The translations under genes were made by a program, and so were the position numbers. 64,000 nucleotides of DNA, taken from Macrostomum lignano (lineage: Eukaryota). The stretch's first letter is position 1. Every line of letters starts with the position of its first letter. This document shows positions 1 to 10,255 of this stretch, in pieces. A model generated the notes under the pieces. That model was not told the origin of the DNA. It saw only the letters and a list, made by a program, of their open reading frames with translations, and made no database searches. The stretch spans positions 62,001 through 126,000 of the forward strand of contig NIVC01000085.1 in NCBI GenBank assembly GCA_002269645.1, given 5' to 3'.

Positions 1-650
1 GAGCCAAGCTGTGTGTCAGGAGAGCCAAGCTGTGTGTCAGGAGAGCCAAGCTGTGTGTCAGGAGAGCCAAGCTGTGTGTCAGGAGAGCCAAGCTGTGTGT
101 CAGGAGAGCCAAGCTGTGTGTCAGGAGAGCCAAGCTGTGTGTCAGGAGAGCCAAGCTGTGTGTCAGGAGAGCCAAGCTGTGTGTCAGGAGAGCCAAGCTG
201 TGTGTCAGGAGAGCCAAGCTGTGTGTCAGAAGAGAGCCAAGCTGTGTGTCAGAAGAGAGCCAAGCTGTGTGTCAGAAGAGAGCCAAGCTGTGTGTCAGAA
301 GAGAGCCAAGCTGTGTGTCAGGAGAGCCAAGCTGTGTGTCAGAAGAGAGCCAAGCTGTGTGTCAGAAGAGAGCCAAGCTGTGTGTCAGAAGAGAGCCAAG
401 CTGTGTGTCAGAAGAGAGCCAAGCTGTGTGTCAGGAGAGAGCCAAGCTGTGTGTCAGGAGAGCCAAGCTGTGTGTCAGGAGAGCCAAGCTGTGTGTCAGA
501 AGAGAGCCAAGCTGTGTGTCAGAAGAGAGCCAAGCTGTGTGTCAGAAGAGAGCCAAGCTGTGTGTCAGAAGAGAGCCAAGCTGTGTGTCAGGAGAGAGCC
601 AAGCTGTGTGTCAGGTCCACGAATCTTTGTTTCAGGAGAGCCAATCTGTG
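1..650. repeat. Minisatellite, 21-bp unit GAGCCAAGCTGTGTGTCAGGA with 23-bp variants (…CAGAAGA)
   Basis: About 29 near-perfect tandem copies; the array runs off the window start. Confidence 0.97.
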
Positions 651-1138
651 TTAGGATTTCCTAAATCAATATAAGGTTAGTTCAAACCCATTTGAAATTT
701 GATTTGCTAGGCAGTTGGTCTATCGACCGGCCGCTTTTTATTATGACCACTACGAATAAAACGTACACTTAAGATAACAGCTTGCTTCAATTTGGCCTGA
801 AATGCGCGGCATGCTCATTCATAAAGCTGAGAAGCTCACTGCATGCCTCGATTCACTGTAGATTGCATTGTACGCTCGTAAAAATTCTGGTTGCGTGTAG
901 AAGTCTCATATAAATACGTGTAGCCCGAGTACACGGTCTACAATTGAGCATACGTGTGTAGAGCAGAGATTAGCTAGCACTGGAAGAAATGGTTGTATTT
1001 GTGTGCACACAAGCCAGCATAAATAAAATAATCTAGTGCCAGTCAAGCACAAGAGGCAGAAAAGCGCGAACCAGTTGGATTCGGTAACCGCGAGACCCAA
1101 GTATTCACAAACTGCAAAATCTAAGCAAGAACAAAAGC

Positions 1139-2835
1139 ATGAATCAACTTAACGGAGTCGAGTACCTGAGGCTGCTCTTTCCCGACATCAACGGCTGCGC
1201 ACGGTCGAAGATTCTGACGCCGCGAGCGTTTAAAGCGTTCGAACAGCACGGCCTAGCCATGTTCCAGGGCATGCTGGGCATGGCCTGTCAGGGTACCGCA
1301 GTGACGCGGATGCTTGCCGACTCCGGCTGCGGCAACGCCATCGTCAAGGCCGACTGGAGCACGCTGCGAACTTACACGGCTCAATCGGGGGCCCAGTACG
1401 GCGATGTGAGTATACCTGCTTCATTTGATAACTGAATAGATACAGTACTCTCTCCATATGCTCTCCACTACACTTGTTTAGGTAGGCCCATGTCTTGTTG
1501 GTGGCACAACTTGTTTAGGTGGGCCCGTGTCTTGTTGGTGGCGCCACTTGTTCAGGTAGGCCCGTGTCTTGTTGGTGGCGCCACTTGTTCAGGTAGGCCC
1601 GTGTCTTGTTGGTGGCGCCACTTGTTCAGGTAGGCCCGTGTCTTGTTGGTGGCGCCACTTGTTCAGGTAGGCCCGTGTCTTGTTGGTGGCTACTCAGTTT
1701 TGGCGCCTCAGGCAGGAACAAATAAAAGATTAATTTCATTTTAAGTTTAACATGATATCTGATTCATAAAATAACTCCGTGCTAAATTTTCCAACAGGTG
1801 CTTTGCAACATGTTCGTAGCAGGCACTGGGGAACCATACCCGACCGACACGCGGTACATCTGCAAGCAAGCCATCAAACAAATGAACAACATCGGATTGG
1901 AAGTTCTCGCCACCTACGAGATCGAGTTTCGACTCTTCAAGCTGAAGGACGGTCAGCCGGCTTGGCAGCCGGTGCAGTACGGCAACGCCTTCGTGTTCAG
2001 CGAAGTCGAGCCGTTCCTCACCGATCTGGAGCGTAGCTGTAGCGCAGCGGGACTACACGTGGAGGTCATGCACAGCGAGTACGGCTCCGGTCAGGTTGAG
2101 GTTAACCTGCTGCCTCAGTGGGGCATCGAGTCTGTCGATGAAGGCTTCCGATTCAAGCTGATTGCCAAGGAGACAGCGCGTCGACACGACTTTGAGGCCT
2201 CATTCATGACGAAGCGTCTTCCTGGACAGACGGGCAACGGCTGGCACTTGAACTTGTCGCTGTGGACCAGCGGGAATCGCTTAACAAACATTTTTCACGC
2301 GGCCGACAGTAGCAGCAAGCAGTTGAGCACAACAGGTGAGCAGTTCCTGTCTGGGCTGCTTCACCACGCCCGAGCACTGACTGCGGTCAGCTCGCCAACG
2401 GTGAACTGCTACCGACGGCTGCACACGCCTTGGGCGCCAACCAAGTGCGACTACGGCGTTGACAACAGAATGACGACGTTCCGGCTGCAGACGCAGCGCA
2501 AGGAGACCAGCCGCGTCGAGAGTCGCATCGTGAGCAGCGCTTGTAATCCTTACCTGGCTCTGGCGGCGACTCTCTTTGCCGGACTGGATGGAATCCAGCG
2601 CGATCTCCGGCTTGACCAGGTGGATACTACTAAAGACCTGCCACATAGCTTCTCCGAAGCCTTGGAAGCGTTCAAGGCTGACACCTGGTTCAAGGAGTGT
2701 CTGGGTTCCGATTTTGTGCGCTGGTTTGACATTATCAAAACCGACACGGAGGTTGAGCCGCTTGCTGGAGTCGAAGTGAAATCGGAGACAGAGTCGGACT
2801 TTGAGCTCGAGAAAAAGATCTACGGAACTGTTTAA
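1139..2835 (+). CDS. Class-I glutamine synthetase-like protein (lengsin / gamma-glutamyl ligase-like), 2 exons, 434 aa
   Basis: join(1139..1405,1798..2835); phase-0 intron GAT|GTGAGT…TTTTCCAACAG|GTG. GS motifs in order: LLFPDINGCARSK, ADWSTL, TYEIEF, HSEYGSGQVE, FMTK…GNGWH, PTVNCYRRL, WAPT…DNR, VESR, NPYLALAA…AGLDGI, LPHSFSEAL. Confidence 0.92.
1471..1691. repeat. Intronic 37-bp minisatellite (about 6 copies)
   Basis: CACTTGTTCAGGTAGGCCCGTGTCTTGTTGGTGGCGC repeated inside the GS-like intron. Confidence 0.95.
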
Positions 2836-3499
2836 ATTGTGTTCGTAGCGGAGCCGGAGCTGCGGGTGCGATGTTGTTGGCATGACGGCACAAAGAAAAT
2901 CTTTATATGTGTTTTTGTTTTTCTCTCTTTGATCTTTTTAATGGCTTTATTTCTTAAAAAATCATTCCAAAGGTAGTTTTTTTTAATTCCTGTTTCAAAA
3001 CTGAAGAGTTAGAACTATTATAATAAGTTCAAACTGACACAATTAATTCCTCGACGTGAAAAGACTTCCGATCGCAGTTAATTTTAATTGAGCTGCATCT
3101 GAAGCTATCTACCCTGTTACAGCACATTCATACGTACGCTTTTATCAGATATTCAATAATAATTTGACAAAAAATCGTTCATCGCAATCCAAACACTCGT
3201 TTAGGTGAAGTTTTACTTGAAATTGATTTAACAAGCTGTAGACGGACATGTATAAATGTGCAAAACAAAGACAACTCAAGTAGTCCTTGGTGCAATACTG
3301 CAGCAATGTTGTTCATGAGCCTTTTAGATAAGGCAATCTCTTGCACTTGGTATTTAGTCTATGGACCAAATATACATGGCAGACATTAAGTCCCGAGCCA
3401 GCGAGGGCAACCCCTTTAGCTTTATCATTCGCATGGCATGAGCCAGAACACAGCTTCGCAAGCAGCTGAGAATAAGAAGCCCAAATTCAAAACGAAGTG

Positions 3500-6400
3500 C
3501 ATCGGTGATGATTTTGGAGCATCGGTGATGATTGTCGAGCATCGATAATGATTGTGGAGCATCAGTGATGATTTGGAGCATCCGAGATGATTATAGAGCA
3601 TCAGGGATGTGTATAGAGCATCGGTGATGATTGTGGAGCATCAGTGATGATTTTGATGGAGCATCGGTGATGATGTTAGAGCATAGGTGATGCTTTTGGA
3701 GCATCAGTGATGATTGTAGAGCATCGGAGATGATTATAGAGCATCAGTGATGATTGTGGAGCATCAGTGATGATTGTGGAGCATCAGTGATGATTGTGGA
3801 GCATCAGTGATGATTATAGAGCATCAGTGATGTGTATAGAGCATCGGTGATGATTGTGGAGCATCAGTGATGATTTTGGAGCTTCGGTGATGATTTTGGA
3901 GCATCGGTGATGATTTTGATGGAGCATCGGTGATGATGTTAGAGCATAGGTGATGCTTTTGGAGCATCAGTGATGATTGTGGAGCATCAGTGATGATTGT
4001 GGAGCATCAGTGATGATTGTGGAGCATCAGTGATGATTGTGGAGCGTCGGAGATGATTATAGAGCATCAGTGATGATTGTGGAGCATCAGTGATGATTTT
4101 GGAGCTTCGGTGATGATTTTGGAGCTTCGGTGATAATTTTGGAGCATCGCTGATGATTTTGATGGAGCATCGGTGATGATTGTGGAGCGTCGGAGATGAT
4201 TATAGAGCATCAGTGATGATTTTGGAGCTTTGATGATGATTTTGGAGCATCGGTGATGATTTTGATGGAGCATCGGTGATGATTTTGGAGCATCGTTGAT
4301 GGTTTTGGAGCATTGGTGGTGATTTCAGAGCATTGGTGATGATTGTGGAGCATCAGTGATGATTGTGGAGCGTCGGAGATGATTATAGAGCATCAGTGAT
4401 GATTGTGGAGCGTCGGAGATGATTATAGAGCATCAGTGATGATTGTGGAGCATCAGTGATGATTTTGGAGCTTCGGTGATGATTTTGGAGCTTCGGTGAT
4501 AATTTTGGAGCATCGCTGATGATTTTGATGGAGCATCGGTGATGATTGTGGAGCATCGGTGATGATTTTGATGGAGCATCGGTGATGATTGTGGAGCATC
4601 GGTGATGATTTTGATGGAGCATCAGTGATGATTTTGGAGCTTCGGTGATGATTTTGGAGCATCGGTGATGATTTTGATGGAGCATCGGTGATGATGTTAG
4701 AGCATCAGTGATGATTGTGGAGCATCAGTGATGATTGTGGAGCATCAGTGATGATTGTGGAGCATCGGAGATGATTGTGGAGCATCAGTGATGATTGTGG
4801 AGCATCAGTGATGATTGTGGAGCATCGGAGATGATTATAGAGCATCGGTGATGATTTTGATGGAGCATCGGTGATGATTTTGGAGCATCAGTGATGATTG
4901 TAGAGCATCGGAGATGATTATAGAGCATCAGTGATGATTGTGGAGCATCGGTGATGATTATAGAGCATCAGTGATGATTTTGGAGCATCGTTGATGGTTT
5001 TGGAGCATTGGTGGTGATTTCAGAGCATTGGTGATGATGTTAGAGCAGGGAGCACCCCAACTGCCAGCCGGAAAACTGCCAGCCGACAACTGCCGGCCGA
5101 CAATTGCATGCCAGCCGAGAAAACTGCCAGCCGAGAAAACTGCCAGCCGGAAAACTGCCAGCCGACAAGTTCTAGCTGATTGAATCTACTGTAGCCTACT
5201 TAGCTAAGTAAAAAGCACGAAACTGTTTGGCTAGCAAAAGGCTTGTGGGGTAGCATTAAATGTCGCTCTTCCCTTCCCTAATTTTTTTCAGATTTCGATT
5301 AGAACTATATATGTGAAGGAGAAGGCATTCTGAAATGCCTATTGTAAATATTTTTGTATTGAAAGTTCATTTACTTTATTATTTAATTTGCTATTGCGAT
5401 TGTTATATGACGCAATCCTAGAAAAGTCTATTAAATTACTTTACTTAAACAAAGCTTTCAAAGAAAGAGCAAAGGCTACCTAAAATACGAAATTTGAACC
5501 AAAATGTTCGTGCAGGAGCCGAAAGTTGCCAGCTCTGATTCGCGCACATGCCGCACAAGCTTGTAAACAAACTTTTGTTGGCGATAAAACAAAACAACTT
5601 TTAGCTAGGCTAACTGATTTCTGTAACAATGCAATGGCAACCTAGCCCAAGAGTTACAGAAATAGGGGCAGGGCTAGCAAGAGAACGAAGTCCACCCGCC
5701 GGCGGTGTCCAGCGCATTGGCGTCGCACAGCAGGCAGTCCAGTGAGTCCACATATCGCTGAGTTTGAGCTTGGTCCCGCCTGAACAGGCCCTGCATGGTG
5801 AGCAGGACGTCCTGGACAGGTTGGGGGCAGTAGCTTTCGGCACGGATGACGTAGTCCGAGCTATATTTTTTACAGCTGTCTGCATTAATATTAGTGGTAC
5901 TCCAGCTGGCACTTGTCCGGCTGGCAGTTTTCCGGCTGGCAGTTTTCTCGGCTGGCAGTTGTCGGCTGGCAGTTTTCTCGGCTGGCAGTTGTCGACTGGC
6001 AGTTGTCGGCTGGCAGTTGTCGGCTGGCAGTTTTCCGGCTGGCAGTTGTCAGCTGGCAGTTGTCGGCTGGCAATTGTCGACTGGCAGTTGTCGGCTGGCA
6101 GTTTTCCGGCTGGCAGTTTTCTCGGCTGGCAGTTGTCGGCTGGCAGTTTTCCGGCTGGCAGTTTTTGGCTGGCAGTTTTCGGCTGGAAATTGTCGGCTGG
6201 CAGTTTTCCGGCTGGCAGTTGTCGGCTGGCAGTTTTCCGGCTGGCAGTTGGGGTGGACCCGTTAGAGCATTGGTGATGTTTTTGATGGAGCATCGGTGAT
6301 GATTTTTGAGCATCGGTGATGATTTTGGAGCATCGGTGATGATGTTAGAGCATTGGTGATGATGTTAGAGCATTGGTGATGATTTTGGAGCATCGGTGAT

Positions 6401-6680
6401 GATGTTAGAGCATTGGTGTTGATGTTAGAGCATTGGTGATGATGTTAGAGCATTGGTGATGATGTTAGAGCATCGGTGATGATGTTAGAGCATCGGCGAT
6501 GATGTTAGAGCATTGGTGATGATGTTAGAGCATCGGTGATGATTTTGGAGCATCGGTGATGATTTTGGAGCATCGGTGATGATGTTAGAGCATTGGTGAT
6601 GATGTTAGAGCATCGGTGATGATTTTGGAGCATCGGTGATGTTTTTGAGCATCAATGATGATTCTGGGGCATCGGTGATG
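3500..6680. repeat. About 20-bp minisatellite (GGAGCATCRGTGATGATTKT) split by a TIR element at 5048-6260
   Basis: Tandem degenerate copies at 3500-5047 and 6261-6680. Confidence 0.95.
5048..6260. mobile_element. Non-autonomous Mutator/Foldback-type TIR element with tandem-repeat arms
   Basis: Left end GGGAGCACCCCAACTGCCAGCCGGAAAAC; right-end reverse complement GGGTCCACCCCAACTGCCAGCCGGAAAAC. 9-bp direct repeat GTTAGAGCA at 5039-5047 and 6261-6269. Arms (5048-5170, 5905-6260) are built of 14-16-bp subrepeats. Confidence 0.85.
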
Positions 6681-9202
6681 ATTTTTTTATATTTCAATTG
6701 TTTTTCAGAATTTCGCAATAGAATCTATCTGACATTCTAGAGTTAAATCTTGTATTTCTCCTCATCACTTTCATCTTTGATATTTGCAATTTATGTTTAC
6801 GTAAGTTCGTAAAACAAGTTAGATTTGTGGTTTTTTGACGCTTGACAAAGTCACAAATTAAAGTGTCAAAACTTGACACTTCATTCTTTTTTTCGGAGAA
6901 ACTCACAACATGTAGATGTTTCACAGCACCTACAAGAAATTCCTGGGCTCAGTGATTTTATTTTTTCTATCTGTGGTTTTCAACTCACTGGCATTAATAT
7001 TTTTTCTATCTGTGGTTTTCAACTCACTGGCATTAAAAGTGATGAAGTCATCATCTTTGGTACATGTAAGGCTGCTGCACGTTAAAAGGCCCTCTGTCTC
7101 CCCAATCTAACTCTCTCTTTGACTGCTCTACCTCTCTCCCTCCCAAGTCTACCTCTCCCTCATTAGTCTACCTGTCCCTAAAAAGTCTATTTAACCCTCA
7201 ATAGTCTACCTAACCCTCAATAGTCTACTTGTCTCTCATTAGTCTACCTGTCTCTATTAGTCTACCTGTCTCTATTAGTCTACCTGTCTCTATTAGTCTA
7301 CCTGTCTCTCATTAGTCTACCTGTCTCTCATTAGTCTAACTGTCTCTCATTAGTCTACCTGTCTCTCATTAGTCTACCTGTCTCTCATTAGTCTACCTGT
7401 CTCTCATTAGTCTACCTGTCTCTCATTAGTCTACCTGTCTCTCATTAGTCTACCTGTCTCTCATTAGTCTACCTGTCTCATTAGTCTACCTGTCTCATTA
7501 GTCTACCTGTCTCTCATTAGTCTACCTGTCTCTCATTAGTCTACCTGTCTCTCATTAGTCTACCCGTCTCTCATTAGTCTACCCGTCTCTCATTAGTCTA
7601 CCTGTCTCTCATTAGTCTACCTGTCTCTCATTAGTCTACCTGTCTCTCATTAGTCTACCTGTCTCTCATTAGTCTACCTGTCTCTCATTAGTCTACCTGT
7701 CTCTCATTAGTCTACCTGTCTCTATTAGTCTACCTGTCTCTATTAGTCTACCTGTCTCTATTAGTCTACCTGTCTCTATTAGTCTACCTGTCTCTCATTA
7801 GTCTAACTGTCTCTCATTAGTCTACCTGTTTCTATTAGTCTACCTGTCTCTCATTAGTCTACTTGTCTCTCATTAGTCTAGCTGTCTCTCATTAGTCTAC
7901 CTGTCTCTCATTAGTCTACCCGTCTCTCATTAGTCTACCCGTCTCTCATTAGTCTACCTGTCTCTCATTAGTCTACCTGTCTCTCATTAGTCTACCTGTC
8001 TCTCATTAGTCTACCTGTCTCTCATTAGTCTACCTGTCTCTCATTAGTCTACCTGTCTCTCATTAGTCTACCTGTCTCTCATTAGTCTACCCGTCTCTCA
8101 TTAGTCTACCTGTCTCTCATTAGTCTACCTGTCTCTCATTAGTCTACCTGTCTCTCATTAGTCTACCTGTCTCTCATTAGTCTACCTGTCTCATTAGTCT
8201 ACCTGTCTCTATTAGTCTACCTGTCTCTCATTAGTCTACCTGTCTCTCATTAGTCTACCTGTCTCTCATTAGTCTACCTGTCTCTCATTAGTCTACCTGT
8301 CTCTCATTAGTCTACCTGTCTCTATTAGTCTACCTGTCTCTCATTAGTCTACTTGTATCTCATTAGTCTACCTGTCTCTCATTAGTCTACCTGTCTCTCA
8401 TTAGTCTACCTGTCTCTCATTAGTCTACCCGTCTCTCATTAGTCTACCTGTCTCTCATTAGTCTACCCGTCTCTCATTAGTCTACCTGTCTCTCATTAGT
8501 CTACCTGTCTCTCATTAGTCTACCTGTCTCTCATTAGTCTACCTGTCTCTCATTAGTCTACCTGTCTCTCATTAGTCTACCTGTCTCTCATTAGTCTACC
8601 TGTCTCTCATTAGTCTACCTGTCTCTCATTAGTCTACCTGTCTCTCATTAGTCTACCTGTCTCTCATTAGTCTACCTGTCTCTCATTAGTCTACCTGTCT
8701 CTCATTAGTCTACCCGTCTCTCATTAGTCTACCTGTCTCTCATTAGTCTACCTGTCTCTCATTAGTCTACCTGTCTCTCATTAGTCTACCTGTCTCTCAT
8801 TAGTCTACCTGTCTCTATTAGTCTACCTGTTTCTATTAGTCTACCTGTCTCTCATTAGTCTACTTGTCTCTCATTAGTCTACCTGTCTCTCATTAGTCTA
8901 CCTGTCTCTCATTAGTCTACCTGTCTCATTAGTCTACCTGTCTCTCATTAGTCTACCCGTCTCTCATTAGTCTACCTGTCTCTCATTAGTCTACTTGTCT
9001 CTCATTAGTCTACCTGTCTCTCATTAGTCTACCCGTCTCTCATTAGTCTACCTGTCTCTCATTAGTCTACCTGTCTCTCATTAGTCTACCTGTCTCTCAT
9101 TAGTCTACCTGTCTCTCATTAGTCTACCTGTCTCTCATTAGTCTAACTGTCTCTCATTAGTCTACCTGTTTCTATTAGTCTACCTGTCTCTCATTAGTCT
9201 AC

Positions 9203-9418
9203 TGTAGTGAGTTGCAAGTGTACTTGTATGCGCCAGTCGCTAGAGCGGGGTGGGGGTTGCTATTGTACAGCATGTACGTGCTTTTCACCCACCCCTGTCT
9301 CTATCTTTTATACCCAGTTATGTAACAATCGTTGTATCGTATTTAACCTGCGTATCGATCTAATAAACGCCAAGAGGCTTCGTCAACTCTCAGTCGTATC
9401 TCTCTGCCTTAGTCTACA
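9203..9418 (+). repeat. 5' LTR (216 bp)
   Basis: TGTAG…CTACA; no differences from 13694-13909 by eye; contains AATAAA. Confidence 0.95.
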
Positions 9419-9420
9419 AC

Positions 9421-9431
9421 TGGTAGCAGAG
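9421..9431 (+). promoter_or_regulatory. Primer-binding site, tRNA-iMet type
   Basis: TGGTAGCAGAG, 2 nt after the LTR; complementary to the 3' end of animal initiator tRNA-Met (…CUCUGCUACCA). Confidence 0.8.
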
Positions 9432-9445
9432 CAAATTATTCTAGA

Positions 9446-10255
9446 ATGGCTGAGAAAGGTTTGACCGCCAGTGCAGCGCTGCCCAGAGTTTTCAGTACCG
9501 GCAACTTTAAGGAATGGCTGCAGCGTTTCAATGTATGCGCAAAAGTCAACAAGTGGGACACGTGCAAAGCGGAGCGACTGGCCACATTTTTGGATGGCGA
9601 GGCTCTCGTCGTTTATTTGGAACTGTCGGCAGGAGATCAGGCAGACTACGACAAAGTAGTCCAGGCATTGGATGATGCATTCCACCCGAACCGCGAGCAC
9701 TTCGCCGTCATGGAGGCGTTCAAATCAAGGAAGATTTTGTCGAATGAGACTCCACGCATGTATCTTTATGAGTTAAAGAAGATGCTCAAAAGCTCCTCCG
9801 TGGACAACAAAGATGCTCAAGAGGCTCTGCTGTTCCATCAGTTCGTCTGTGGCCTTCCCGAATCCGTGAGCTGGCAGATTCGCGCGGACTCCAGCGTTAA
9901 GACCTCAGAGCAAGCTCTTCAAAAGGCCCAGCTACTGATGCAGCACAGCTCGGCAAGTATCCCAGCAGCAGCGGTGCAACCTCAGTCGAGCCAATCCAGC
10001 GAAGTTCAGGAGCTGCGGGACACTGTGCAGAGTCTGCAGGCATCGGTGAGCACCCTGAGTTCCCAGCTGCAGCAGCTGGCAGCCTGTGGAGTGAGGACGA
10101 GCAGCACAACGAGACCGCAGCACCGTTCGAAGTCTGACATCATCTGCTACAACTGCCACAAGGCCGGCCACATTGCCAGAGATTGCTACAGCAGGCGACA
10201 GCCGGGAAACGCCAGAGGCTGGGGTGTGCGGGCCCGCAACCCCGGCCAGCAGTAA
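9446..10255 (+). CDS. gag: Gypsy Gag, 269 aa
   Basis: ORF directly after the PBS; zinc knuckle CYNCHKAGHIARDC. Confidence 0.9.
   Translation: MAEKGLTASAALPRVFSTGNFKEWLQRFNVCAKVNKWDTCKAERLATFLDGEALVVYLELSAGDQADYDKVVQALDDAFHPNREHFAVMEAFKSRKILSNETPRMYLYELKKMLKSSSVDNKDAQEALLFHQFVCGLPESVSWQIRADSSVKTSEQALQKAQLLMQHSSASIPAAAVQPQSSQSSEVQELRDTVQSLQASVSTLSSQLQQLAACGVRTSSTTRPQHRSKSDIICYNCHKAGHIARDCYSRRQPGNARGWGVRARNPGQQ
10204..10247 (+). promoter_or_regulatory. -1 programmed ribosomal frameshift signal (gag to pol)
   Basis: G_GGA_AAC in the gag frame at 10204-10210, 6-nt spacer, then GC-rich stem GGCTGGGGT(10217-10225)/ACCCCGGCC(10239-10247). The -1 frame is open into the protease. Confidence 0.8.

Noticed and set aside
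1139-2835. Recent bacterial horizontal transfer of the GS-I-like gene
   Set aside because: It has a spliceosomal intron, and GS-I/lengsin-like genes are known in animals. A transfer claim would need a phylogeny.
1-9202. Tandem arrays as CRISPR arrays or coding repeats (ORFs 11-664, 5610-6313 etc.)
   Set aside because: The units are contiguous with no unique spacers and no cas genes are present. The ORFs are open in several frames only because the units lack stops.
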